A program made the position numbers and the translations under genes. DNA of 32,000 nucleotides. It comes from Peptococcaceae bacterium 1109 (GTDB lineage: Bacteria; Bacillota; Limnochordia; Darwinibacteriales; Darwinibacteriaceae). This document shows, in pieces, positions 16,914 to 25,572 of this stretch (its first letter is position 1; every line of letters starts with the position of its first letter). Where the stretch lies: positions 19,384-51,383 of the forward strand of contig LDJB01000007.1 in the NCBI GenBank assembly GCA_001028815.1. Direction: 5' to 3'. The notes below the pieces were generated by a model. That model saw only the letters and a program-made list of their open reading frames with translations. It was not told where the DNA came from and searched no databases.

Positions 16914-17819
16914 CTAGGAATGCGCTCCTTTTTTCATGGACAGAAACAGACGGCCCAGGGCAAACCGAGGACGTACATTTCCTGCAACGGCAGTCTGCAT
17001 TTCTGATATTTCATGCATGATTTCAAACAATGCCTGATAGGTGTATTGGCTGCTGATTTTGTCCAATTCTGCAGCGTAGTCAGGATTATACAGGCTGACT
17101 CCGCTCCCCGATTTAACAGCAGCCAAATCACGGTACCAGCCAAGCATCAGTTGGAGATCATCCTGAACTTGAACCCGATCTTCGTCCCAGTTTAAACTCA
17201 AGCCTAGGATTTCTGGGTATGTGGCACTGGGAATACGCTCTAACGCACCTAGTACCTGCTTGCGCCGCTCCAGCACAGGCCCTTCCCAATACTGCAGGGC
17301 TCGGCCGATGGAGCCTCTGGCCATCCGGGCCAGCAAGCGGATCCTCGGGCTGTCCTGTGCCTGGTTGAACTTATCTGCGAGGAACTGGCAAATCGTCTCT
17401 TCCGATATGGCCCTAAATGGCACCACTTGACAGCGAGATACGATAGTGGGCAGTATGCGGTGCAAGTTTGTGGTTGTGAGAAAAAAGTACACACCGGGAT
17501 TTGGTTCTTCCAAGACCTTTAGAAAGGCGTTGGCCGCCTGCACAGTCATGTTCTCTGCATCTTTGATCAGCCAAACCAGCGAGCCAGTCTGAGTGTATGA
17601 GCTCTGCTGTCTCAGCATGCGAATCTGTTCTATTTTTATTGAGGGGGACCCCTCCACTACCCGGAGATCAGCATCAGCAGCTAGAATCCTGACAGCGGTT
17701 TCCTTGCCCACACCGTCATCGCCATAAAACAAGTAAGCGTGGGCAAGCCGTCCCTTCGCACGGCTGTTCTCCAAGATAGTAACTGCCACAGGTTGTCCCA
17801 GGACTTCCCCAAGCGTCAT
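16914..17819 (-). CDS. holB: DNA polymerase III delta-prime subunit
   Basis: 301-aa ORF with a degenerate AAA+ P-loop (HAYLFYGDDGVGKET), AANAFLKVLEEP and the SRC motif (TIVSRCQVV). Its position between yaaR and yaaT matches Bacillus. Confidence 0.9.
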   Translation of the reverse strand: MTLGEVLGQPVAVTILENSRAKGRLAHAYLFYGDDGVGKETAVRILAADADLRVVEGSPSIKIEQIRMLRQQSSYTQTGSLVWLIKDAENMTVQAANAFLKVLEEPNPGVYFFLTTTNLHRILPTIVSRCQVVPFRAISEETICQFLADKFNQAQDSPRIRLLARMARGSIGRALQYWEGPVLERRKQVLGALERIPSATYPEILGLSLNWDEDRVQVQDDLQLMLGWYRDLAAVKSGSGVSLYNPDYAAELDKISSQYTYQALFEIMHEISEMQTAVAGNVRPRFALGRLFLSMKKGAHS

Positions 17820-17828
17820 GGATTCACC

Positions 17829-18269
17829 TCACATATACAGGTCCAGGAGCATCCCACGGATTTCATCTAAGCGTGCAACCAGTTCTAGGCCGCTCAGTTG
17901 ATTGCGAAGGAAGAGCCGGGTAAGCTCCTCAAGTCTATCATCTACGCTCCGGACCAATATGAAAAGCCGGCGGCGGCCCCGATGGTCGTGAGAGCTGTGC
18001 TCATCAACCTTAAATGATTTCTCAATCAAAGCCTTGAGAATTGCCCGCACAACGTCCTTATATTTGACCAGGTTATAGTATGTGGGGCTGTCCTTAAAAC
18101 GGCGCGCCCAGCGGTCCACTTGCTCCAGAGCTTGCTGAAATTGGACCTCATCCAGCTGGCCCAGCTCCAGTAACTCAAGAAAAGTGGACTGCCGGTGAGT
18201 AACCACAGCCCTGCCCCGGCTTGGGGAGTATGCGCCCACTCGGGGATGATCCTGACGGCGGACTCTCAA
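17829..18269 (-). CDS. yaaR: DUF327-family protein YaaR
   Basis: 146-aa ORF with a TTG start overlapping the darA stop (ATTTGA). Its size, helical character and conserved position between darA and holB fit YaaR. Confidence 0.7.
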   Translation of the reverse strand: MRVRRQDHPRVGAYSPSRGRAVVTHRQSTFLELLELGQLDEVQFQQALEQVDRWARRFKDSPTYYNLVKYKDVVRAILKALIEKSFKVDEHSSHDHRGRRRLFILVRSVDDRLEELTRLFLRNQLSGLELVARLDEIRGMLLDLYM

Positions 18270-18589
18270 ATCTTCTCAAACCTCTCAACATCAACTACGA
18301 AAACGATGGCACCACCTACGGTTACTTTATCCATTTTAGGCAAGATGCTCGTGCCGAAACTGGTGAGAGGATCGATCTGATACTCATCCCGCTTGCTGCT
18401 CACCCGCGCGATTAACTCTAGGGCGTTATCTACTTTCTCATCATCCACACCGATAAGCAAAGTGGTGTTGCCCATACGCAGGAACCCACCTGTACTAGCC
18501 AACTTCGTGGCACTGTAACCTTCCTTCATCAAGGTATCCAGTAACACAGGCACATCTTGATCCTGGACAATAGTCACTAATAGTTTCAC
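18266..18589 (-). CDS. darA: PII-like cyclic-di-AMP receptor DarA (YaaQ/PstA)
   Basis: MKLLVTIVQDQDVPVLLDTLMKEGYSATKLASTGGFLRMGNTTLLIGV... matches the B. subtilis YaaQ pattern almost position for position. It has a 4-nt overlap with tmk. Confidence 0.9.
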   Translation of the reverse strand: MKLLVTIVQDQDVPVLLDTLMKEGYSATKLASTGGFLRMGNTTLLIGVDDEKVDNALELIARVSSKRDEYQIDPLTSFGTSILPKMDKVTVGGAIVFVVDVERFEKI

Positions 18590-19200
18590 TGGGCTAACCT
18601 CCCCACTACTGACCTTTGCACTCGCTGGGCAACTTCCGTCTCAAGCCCTTCTGCGGAGACTACAATAACCCGCTGGGGATTTTGCGCTGCGATGCTGAGA
18701 AATCCCGCCCTAACCCGTTCGTAATAGGATAGAGCCCGCTTTTCGATCCGGTCTCCCCCTACCCGGGCCAGGGCTGTTTCCGGCTCCGCATCAAGGCAGA
18801 TGGTCAAGTTGGGTTCTAACCCGTCTGTGGCCAGTTTATTCACAGCTGCGATCATATCCACAGACAAACCTAAACCGTAACCTTGGTATGCCACAGAGGA
18901 GTCGATGTAGCGTTCACACACCACAACCTTGCCTTGAGCGAGGGCAGGCTGGATGACTTCCGCAACATGCTGGGCTCGGTCGGCGGCATACAGCAGTATT
19001 TCAGTCACCGGAGCAAGCTGCTGGTTTTCTGGGTCAAGCAGCATTCTGCGAATGGACTGGCCTAGCTTAGTGCCGCCTGGCTCAAAAGTATGCACAACGT
19101 CGCAGCCTTTTTCTGTGAAGTACTCCACCAGGAGCTGGGCCTGCGTTGACTTTCCCACTCCGTCAATTCCCTCAAGTGTTATGAAAAGCCCTTCTTCCAT
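18586..19200 (-). CDS. tmk: Thymidylate kinase
   Basis: 204-aa ORF with P-loop FITLEGIDGVGKST, the DRY-type motif (CERYIDSSVAYQG) and a LID region. Confidence 0.95.
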   Translation of the reverse strand: MEEGLFITLEGIDGVGKSTQAQLLVEYFTEKGCDVVHTFEPGGTKLGQSIRRMLLDPENQQLAPVTEILLYAADRAQHVAEVIQPALAQGKVVVCERYIDSSVAYQGYGLGLSVDMIAAVNKLATDGLEPNLTICLDAEPETALARVGGDRIEKRALSYYERVRAGFLSIAAQNPQRVIVVSAEGLETEVAQRVQRSVVGRLAQ

Positions 19201-19228
19201 GGCAAGAATACTCCTTTTTTATATTTCT

Positions 19229-20713
19229 TCAACAAACAGCATTGTCCTTTATTACAGAAACTGTCAAGCCGTCCAGGCCGCGAATGGGCCAGCCTAACCC
19301 CAAACACCACTGGAGATATTCTACTACCTCACGGCTCACCACTTCTCCAGGGACCAGCAGCGGTACGCCTGGCGGATAAGGCGTGACAAATGCGGCAGAT
19401 ACGCGGCCTTGGGCTGCCTTCAAGGGTACAGCCTCCCACTGCCTCCGCACCGCATCCCTCATGCTCAAGGCCTGTTTTGGCAGGGGCGGATAGGATACCT
19501 GGTGTACTGGCAGCGGCGGGCCTCCAAGGTGCCTCGCCCGCCGGGCAAGGTCTTCTACCGCTGAGCAAAGCCGGTTTACCCGTTCCTCAGTATCCCCCAG
19601 CGTGATGAGGGCGATCACATTGTAATAGTCGCTTAATTCTACTTGTATATTATAATCTCTGCGCAGTAAACCCTCAAGCTGGATGCCGGTTAAGCCAAGT
19701 TCCCGCAGGGAGAACACGACTTTAGTTGGATCATGGCGCAAATGGTCCGGCAAGACCAGTACGCCGGGCACTGACTCCAGCCTAGCACTGACGGAGCGAG
19801 CTAGCTCTAAGGCATTACTTACCAGCTCTTGTCCCCGTTCATGCAGCGTGCGGCGGACTTCATCCAACACTGCTAGGAACACCAAGGACGGGCTGGTGGT
19901 CTCTAGAATCTGCCGCGCGCGGCTGGCCAGATCATAGACTTCCCCCGAGGCGGAATGGAGCATGGAGGTCTGGGTAAGGGAACCGAGATTCTTGTGGGTG
20001 CTCTGCACCACACCGTCGGCCTGGGCCTCTAGGCCAGTAGAGGGCAAGTTGAGTGAAAAACGAAAGTGGCCTCCGTGGGCCTCGTCCACAAAAGCATAAG
20101 CCCCCAGACGGTGAACCTCAGCGATAAGCTCCTCGAGCTGAGCACATGTCCCGTAGTAAGTTGGATGGGTGAACACCGCTGCGGAAAGGCTTTGCCCCAC
20201 CGCAACGCGGCGCAGCGCCTCAACAGTAGGCGGAAGGGGAATTTGCCACTCAGGATCAAACTGGGCCGGGATGTACAAGCACTCACTCCCGCTCAGCATG
20301 GCCCCGGTATATACAGCTTGATGGGAAAAGCGGGGAATAGCGACGGCGCCCTCCATGAAATGCAGAAGATAATGAAGGCCAGAAGTTGTGCCGTTTACCA
20401 GGAACAGAGTATAAGCCGCGCCAAACAATTGGGCCGCCAGCTGTTGGGCGGCCTCCAAGGCGCGGTGGAAATCGTGATTTATCGTAGTGTCTTCTACTTC
20501 ATCGGAAGGATCGAGCTGGAAAACCCCAGGCCCCAGCTCTTCGATCAATCGGGGGAAAAGATCACCCCGCAGCTTGTGACCGGGGGTGTGAAAGGGAAGC
20601 ACTCCCTTGTCCTTGTATGAACACAACGCTTCCCATAGGGGTGCCGCACTTTGCAACAAATTAACCACCTGCACTGCTCTCTTTAACAAGCTCGTCCCAT
20701 GCCCTGCCATCAA
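19229..20713 (-). CDS. yaaO: Orn/Lys/Arg decarboxylase family (fold-type I PLP) protein, YaaO-like
   Basis: 494-aa ORF with PFHTPGHK near the N-terminus, a VQSTHKNLG PLP-lysine motif, and a position upstream of tmk as in Bacillus. The longest-ORF start at 20713 overlaps csfB by 53 nt. In-frame GTG/TTG codons near 20650-20670 are alternative starts. Confidence 0.85.
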   Translation of the reverse strand: MMAGHGTSLLKRAVQVVNLLQSAAPLWEALCSYKDKGVLPFHTPGHKLRGDLFPRLIEELGPGVFQLDPSDEVEDTTINHDFHRALEAAQQLAAQLFGAAYTLFLVNGTTSGLHYLLHFMEGAVAIPRFSHQAVYTGAMLSGSECLYIPAQFDPEWQIPLPPTVEALRRVAVGQSLSAAVFTHPTYYGTCAQLEELIAEVHRLGAYAFVDEAHGGHFRFSLNLPSTGLEAQADGVVQSTHKNLGSLTQTSMLHSASGEVYDLASRARQILETTSPSLVFLAVLDEVRRTLHERGQELVSNALELARSVSARLESVPGVLVLPDHLRHDPTKVVFSLRELGLTGIQLEGLLRRDYNIQVELSDYYNVIALITLGDTEERVNRLCSAVEDLARRARHLGGPPLPVHQVSYPPLPKQALSMRDAVRRQWEAVPLKAAQGRVSAAFVTPYPPGVPLLVPGEVVSREVVEYLQWCLGLGWPIRGLDGLTVSVIKDNAVC

Positions 20714-20879
20714 GATAATCTGCCCAGCCCCCCTTTAGAGCCTTAACTACTGCAGCATATTCATCATGATGGGGGTTGACTGAGATAATCAGCTTCTCAC
20801 AATCGGGGCACACGGAATATCCGAGGAGCGAAAAGGCGCTTGGGCCAGTTTGCTCTTGGCTGCAGACCAAGCAGTTCAT
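20661..20879 (-). CDS. csfB: Anti-sigma-G factor Gin (CsfB)
   Basis: 72-aa ORF with a CLVCSQE...G...SVCPDCEKLI zinc-binding CxxC...CxxC pattern followed by EYAAVVKALK, matching the Gin family. It has a GAGGTGAGGG Shine-Dalgarno and the same neighbourhood as B. subtilis csfB. Confidence 0.75.
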   Translation of the reverse strand: MNCLVCSQEQTGPSAFSLLGYSVCPDCEKLIISVNPHHDEYAAVVKALKGGWADYLDGRAWDELVKESSAGG

Positions 20880-20951
20880 ACCCTCACCTCGTTCCAGGAT
20901 ATTCCCATCACCCTTTCCACGTGTAGGTCCACAATTCCTCCCCAGGGAAAG

Positions 20952-21785
20952 TTAGCCCTTCATCCCTGAGCCTAGCATGCCCTCGACAAAATACCGCTGC
21001 ATGGCAATGTACACCGCTATTAAGGGAATAACAGAGATCACGGACCCTGTGAGAAGCAAGTGCCATTGGGTGCCGTAGTTTCCCTTAAACTGCATGAGAC
21101 CCATGGTAGCGGTCCAGAGATGTTCGCTGTCCAGATAGATCACGGGCCGGAGGAGATCATTCCAGTTGTTCATAAAAGCAATGATGAACAACGATGCAAT
21201 CGCGGGCTTGGCATTGGGGAGAAAGATCTTGTAAAACATCTGCCAACTATTTACCCCATCGATAAACGCTGCATCCTCCAGTGTCGTGGGAATGTTCTCG
21301 AAAAAACTTCGGAAGAGGAACGTACCAAAGGATCCCACCAGCATAGACGGGACGATAAGAGGAAGAAACGTATTATACCAGCCGAGCTTGAGCATGATCA
21401 GATACTCGGGGATTATGGTCACTTCCACGGGAATCATCAATGTGGCAAGCAGCATCCCAAAGAGGATCTCTTTGCCAGCAAACTTCATCCGTGCAAAGGC
21501 AAACCCACTCAGACTGCAAGCTACCAGCTGGCCAAAGGCTGCGGTTGTGGCTACAAACAGCGAGTTCTGGACATAGCGCAAGAAGTTGTGCTTCACCAGG
21601 ATAGTCTGGTAGTTGTCCCACATCTTGTCTGTAAACAAGTTCCGAGGGATGAAGTTTGGCCTGATGCTGAACACTTCGTTCATGGTTTTAAACGAAGTGG
21701 ATACCATCCACAAAAAGGGGAAAACGGTGCTCAAGCCCACTAGGCACAGCAACAGGTACAGCAATGCTTTGCGCGCCACTCTCAT
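20952..21785 (-). CDS. Carbohydrate (CUT1) ABC transporter permease, MalG-like
   Basis: 277-aa six-TM ORF with an EAA-loop region (LEDAAFIDGVNSWQMFYKIFLP). Confidence 0.9.
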   Translation of the reverse strand: MRVARKALLYLLLCLVGLSTVFPFLWMVSTSFKTMNEVFSIRPNFIPRNLFTDKMWDNYQTILVKHNFLRYVQNSLFVATTAAFGQLVACSLSGFAFARMKFAGKEILFGMLLATLMIPVEVTIIPEYLIMLKLGWYNTFLPLIVPSMLVGSFGTFLFRSFFENIPTTLEDAAFIDGVNSWQMFYKIFLPNAKPAIASLFIIAFMNNWNDLLRPVIYLDSEHLWTATMGLMQFKGNYGTQWHLLLTGSVISVIPLIAVYIAMQRYFVEGMLGSGMKG

Positions 21786-21797
21786 GATGCTACCTCC

Positions 21798-22670
21798 CTA
21801 GTCAAGGGTACTTACCCAGTACTTCCTCGCCCAGAAATTGGCTAGGGTAATGGAACCGACGATGAGGAACAGCACAAATGCCATGGAAGCCGCGTAGCCC
21901 ATGCGGAAATGGACGAAGGCATTCACATAGGTGAAGAAGCTGAGAGTTGCAGAGGCGTTGTTGGGCCCGCCTTCCGTCATGGCAAAGGTGAGATCGAACG
22001 TCTGCAAAGACTGGATCAACGCGATGATCATGATGAAAAACGTGGTAGTTGACAAGAGAGGAAGGGTCACATGCCTAAGAAGTTGCCACGGCGTGGCCCC
22101 ATCAATCTTTGCTGCCTCATAGTAAACTTCGGGGATATTCTGGAGCCCAGCGAGGAAAAGGATCATGTGGTAGCCTGACATCTTCCAGATATAGACCACC
22201 ACCAAGGTGAGGAGCGCGTAGCGGGAATCTCCCAAGAACGAGGGTACATTCATTACCCCTAAGTTGTTGAGAATTCGCGGTAGGGCACCAAAGCGAGGGC
22301 TTAGAATCCAACTCCACACCACTCCAATGGCTACGGTGGAAGTGATGACAGGCAGGTAATAGAGCCCCCGGAAGAAAGTGATCCCTTTTAGCTTAGTGTT
22401 CACCAAGATCGCGAGGAACAATCCGCAGACCATGACGCCTGGGACGTAGGTTACACTAAAGACCACGGTGTTTTTCAGGACTCGCCAAAAGATCTCTGAG
22501 GACATTAGTTCACGGTAGTTGGCAAGACCCTGCCACTGGGGGGAAGAGATTACGTTCCAGCGAGTGAAACTTACCAAAAAGGCCGCGACAATGGGCCCGA
22601 TCCGAAACAGTGCCAAGCCGACTATAGTTGGGAGTACAAACAGCCACGGAGCAACTCGGCCGTACCTCAT
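21798..22670 (-). CDS. Carbohydrate (CUT1) ABC transporter permease, MalF-like
   Basis: 290-aa six-TM ORF with an EAA-loop region (YYEAAKIDGATPWQLLRHVTLP). Confidence 0.9.
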   Translation of the reverse strand: MRYGRVAPWLFVLPTIVGLALFRIGPIVAAFLVSFTRWNVISSPQWQGLANYRELMSSEIFWRVLKNTVVFSVTYVPGVMVCGLFLAILVNTKLKGITFFRGLYYLPVITSTVAIGVVWSWILSPRFGALPRILNNLGVMNVPSFLGDSRYALLTLVVVYIWKMSGYHMILFLAGLQNIPEVYYEAAKIDGATPWQLLRHVTLPLLSTTTFFIMIIALIQSLQTFDLTFAMTEGGPNNASATLSFFTYVNAFVHFRMGYAASMAFVLFLIVGSITLANFWARKYWVSTLD

Positions 22671-22719
22671 ACTGCACCTCCTTGAAAATGGGGGGAGGCG
22701 CTCCTCCCCCCACTGGTCT

Positions 22720-24033
22720 CTACTCCTCTGGATAGTAGCGTGTCAGGACAGAATTGCCGTACTCAGTGATCGCCTTGATCGCTTCATCCACAGATTGCTC
22801 GCCGTTGGAGACCTTGTCAAGCTCGCCGTTCATTCCTGAACTGCCAGTGGCAGCATAACCCCGCCATTCACTCCAGCCAAGGGTGAAGGTGGTCCGGCCG
22901 GTGCCTTCCCCTTGCTCAAGGATCAGCTGCATGTTATCTGGATCTTTCCCTGCCTGCAGCCATTCCTCTGAATGGGCCAAGCCTTTGTGAATGGGGACCT
23001 TGCCCGCCATGTACGATTCAATGGGCCGGTTCTCACCGATAAGGAACTTCACTAGTTCCCAAGCGGCCTCTTTGTGCTGAGTTGTGGCAGAGATGGCGAT
23101 GGCATCGGGCCAGAAGTAGGTGGTATCATCCCCTGGGATGGCTGAGGGCCCCTTGGGTACCCGAGCGATGCCGAAGCGGAAATCTGGATCCGCTTTCTGG
23201 CGGATGTTTTCGATGTTCCAGGAACCATCTACCCACATGGCCACTTGCCGCAGTGGGAACAAGTCGTCCTGGGAGATGCCTACGATTTCCTTGTAAGGAG
23301 GCGAAACTTTGTGAACGTTGGTAAGATCGCTTAAGAACTGCAGCGCCTCCCGAGCACGCTCATCAAACTGGATTCGCGTCTTTTCCTCATTGAGAATACG
23401 CCCACTGTTAGCATATACCCAAGGTTCCACATGGGCATAGCGGCCGTACCAGAAGAAACCATACCGCTCAGCAGGGAGCCGTGGGTCGCTTTGGATGGTG
23501 AGCTTCTTGGCGGCCTCTAGGAAGTCATCCCATGTCCAATCATCGCTGGGATAGCTCAGGCCAGCTTCATCGAACATATCTTTGTTGTAGAACAGCACTG
23601 GCGTGACCCATGCATATGGGATCGCGTACATATCGCCGGTTTGCTTGTCGGGATAGCGGTTCTCCGAGAACACTTCCACGAAGTAATCCTCGATGTTAAG
23701 ATCCCTATTGACCAGCTCCTGAATATTCAGGAGCAGGCCATCCTGTGCCCACTGCTCAAAGTACCCAGTGGACATGTTGAACACATCGGGGAGCTCCCCT
23801 GCCGTTGCCATGGCGGATATGCGAGGCCAATAGCTGCTAGGATCCATTGCTGTCATCTCTACTTTGATGTGTGGATTCTGGGCTTCAAATTCGTCGATTA
23901 AGGCCCGCTCCATGTCGGCAAAGATGGGGTCCCACATGAAATAGCGCAGCGTGATAGTCTCTTGAGCGCCTGCAACAGCGGCAAGGGTCGCCACAAGCAG
24001 CACTACCAGGATCATCAGCGATACTCTTTTCAT
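22720..24033 (-). CDS. Family-1 extracellular sugar-binding protein of the CUT1 transporter
   Basis: The track gives 22720-24069. I prefer ATG 24033, which has a GGAGGG Shine-Dalgarno and gives MKRVSLMILVVLLVATLAAVAGA/QE, a signal peptide with no lipobox cysteine. The mature part is typical of a sugar SBP (TLRYFMWD..., PDVFNMS...). Confidence 0.88.
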   Translation of the reverse strand: MKRVSLMILVVLLVATLAAVAGAQETITLRYFMWDPIFADMERALIDEFEAQNPHIKVEMTAMDPSSYWPRISAMATAGELPDVFNMSTGYFEQWAQDGLLLNIQELVNRDLNIEDYFVEVFSENRYPDKQTGDMYAIPYAWVTPVLFYNKDMFDEAGLSYPSDDWTWDDFLEAAKKLTIQSDPRLPAERYGFFWYGRYAHVEPWVYANSGRILNEEKTRIQFDERAREALQFLSDLTNVHKVSPPYKEIVGISQDDLFPLRQVAMWVDGSWNIENIRQKADPDFRFGIARVPKGPSAIPGDDTTYFWPDAIAISATTQHKEAAWELVKFLIGENRPIESYMAGKVPIHKGLAHSEEWLQAGKDPDNMQLILEQGEGTGRTTFTLGWSEWRGYAATGSSGMNGELDKVSNGEQSVDEAIKAITEYGNSVLTRYYPEE

Positions 24034-24055
24034 TATGAGTAACCCTCCACTTTGA

Positions 24056-25561
24056 TTATTTGACCACACCTACACTCGGGACCATGCGCTCATAGATTAC
24101 ACCAGGTAATCCCCGCCGGTCCGCACCGCGAATTAGATGACCAAAGGCATATTGGATATTTGCTGAACCACCTCCATCCAAGTTAAGTGCATATTTACAG
24201 CCACTAGCTTGAGCCAGCTGGGCCAGCTCCTTCAGGGTAACACCAGAGGACTCGTAGGAGTTCTCCTCCATACCCCGATTCACTGCCTCCACAGCTAGTA
24301 GCACAAGCTCCCCCGAATATCCGACACCCAGAGCAACCCGGGCCGCCCGGGTCCGGTCAACATCTTCAGCATAATCCGTTGGGACTACCCCAGCATCCCA
24401 CTGACCATCGGCGTGCCGCCGCTTGCGAAAGAACTGCTCCTCCTTTAGAGTCATGTGGTTCAGGGCTATCTCTCCCTCCCATACCAATCCAGGGCCGCAC
24501 TGAATACCCTCGGCGAACCTCTCCCCATTGGCAAACTCATAGCGCACCTCGGCCTCGAACTCACCGGGGATAAGCTCTGCTTTAGGCAAGGAGAGGACAA
24601 TGCCATTATGGGGTATTTCCGCTTCTCCTCCCACCTTGTACCCGACGATCCCATTCCCGACGATTATAAAGTCCACGTTATCGGGGTTGGCACAGGTGTG
24701 CGTCCTTGTCTTCCCCTCCTCAGCCACCCCATAGTATCTGTTAAAAACAGCACGCTTCCCATGCTCGTTCAGGGTAAACTCTGCCAAGTTCCAGGCCTTG
24801 CCCAGGCAGCGGACGGTCATCTCTTGCAGAGAGATTTGGCGCATAGAGGCTTCGCCCTGCTCATCGAAGAGCAATGCAGACCGGCTAAACAGCGGTGGAA
24901 GCTCAATGTTGCCTTCATGGATATGCAGGCCGTAAGCCTCTCCGTAGAGCGAGAAATCGCTTTGATAATCCTCTGGTTCAAAAAGGAAGTACGCGGCGTT
25001 CACGACGACGGAATACCGGTTTTCCCGGGCATATCTTGATGGGAAGCCCACGGGCCCAACTGCGGCAACATCTGCTGCAGTCCCGCCTATCATGTCGCCC
25101 CCATACCCAGCAGCCACGAGCCTGTCTTCCCCAAGAAGCATTTCCAGATACAGGCCGCCCTGCCGGTCAAGATCATCCCTGATGACTTTCACCTTGGGCC
25201 GTCCCTGGACAATGGTGAGGTTTTCCCTGCGCACTAACTGTCGCAGCACGTGGTTGATACAGGAGTTCTTACTCACTCTCACCAGTCCATCTGCCTTGAA
25301 GTCCAGCTTTGGGACGGCAGAAGCCTCAGTGTGGGGATAGGCATCCCACACGATTACATTTGGGCGAGACATGCCTCGAGATTTGGCCTTTAGGAAGAGT
25401 AGGTGAGCTGTGTCGTTCAGCTTCAAGAGGCGGCTCTCATTGAGCGCCGAGTGGACTTCAAAGGTATAGGGCCCCTTGACCTCAACTTTTCCTACCATCA
25501 GCTGAGTCCCATCGTCCCTATGGATGGTGCTCCGTGTATATGAAAGTCTGTCGTATAGCAT
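24056..25561 (-). CDS. Cytoplasmic phosphodiester glycosidase family (NAGPA/DUF2233-like) protein with an unassigned N-terminal region of about 190 aa
   Basis: 501-aa ORF with an AGGAGA Shine-Dalgarno 7 nt upstream and no signal peptide. VVVNAAYFLF...GLHIHEG, CGPGLVWEGE, RTRAARVALGV and GVTLKELAQLAQASGCKYALNLDGGGSA match the conserved blocks of the phosphodiester glycosidase domain as I know it. Confidence 0.65.
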   Translation of the reverse strand: MLYDRLSYTRSTIHRDDGTQLMVGKVEVKGPYTFEVHSALNESRLLKLNDTAHLLFLKAKSRGMSRPNVIVWDAYPHTEASAVPKLDFKADGLVRVSKNSCINHVLRQLVRRENLTIVQGRPKVKVIRDDLDRQGGLYLEMLLGEDRLVAAGYGGDMIGGTAADVAAVGPVGFPSRYARENRYSVVVNAAYFLFEPEDYQSDFSLYGEAYGLHIHEGNIELPPLFSRSALLFDEQGEASMRQISLQEMTVRCLGKAWNLAEFTLNEHGKRAVFNRYYGVAEEGKTRTHTCANPDNVDFIIVGNGIVGYKVGGEAEIPHNGIVLSLPKAELIPGEFEAEVRYEFANGERFAEGIQCGPGLVWEGEIALNHMTLKEEQFFRKRRHADGQWDAGVVPTDYAEDVDRTRAARVALGVGYSGELVLLAVEAVNRGMEENSYESSGVTLKELAQLAQASGCKYALNLDGGGSANIQYAFGHLIRGADRRGLPGVIYERMVPSVGVVK

Positions 25562-25572
25562 GGCAGGTTCTC

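Noticed and set aside
20880-20951. A possible sigma-F/sigma-G promoter upstream of gin (GGGAATATCC segment).
   Set aside because: It does not fit the -10/-35 consensus patterns as I remember them well enough to call by eye. This is left as a check in the gin finding.
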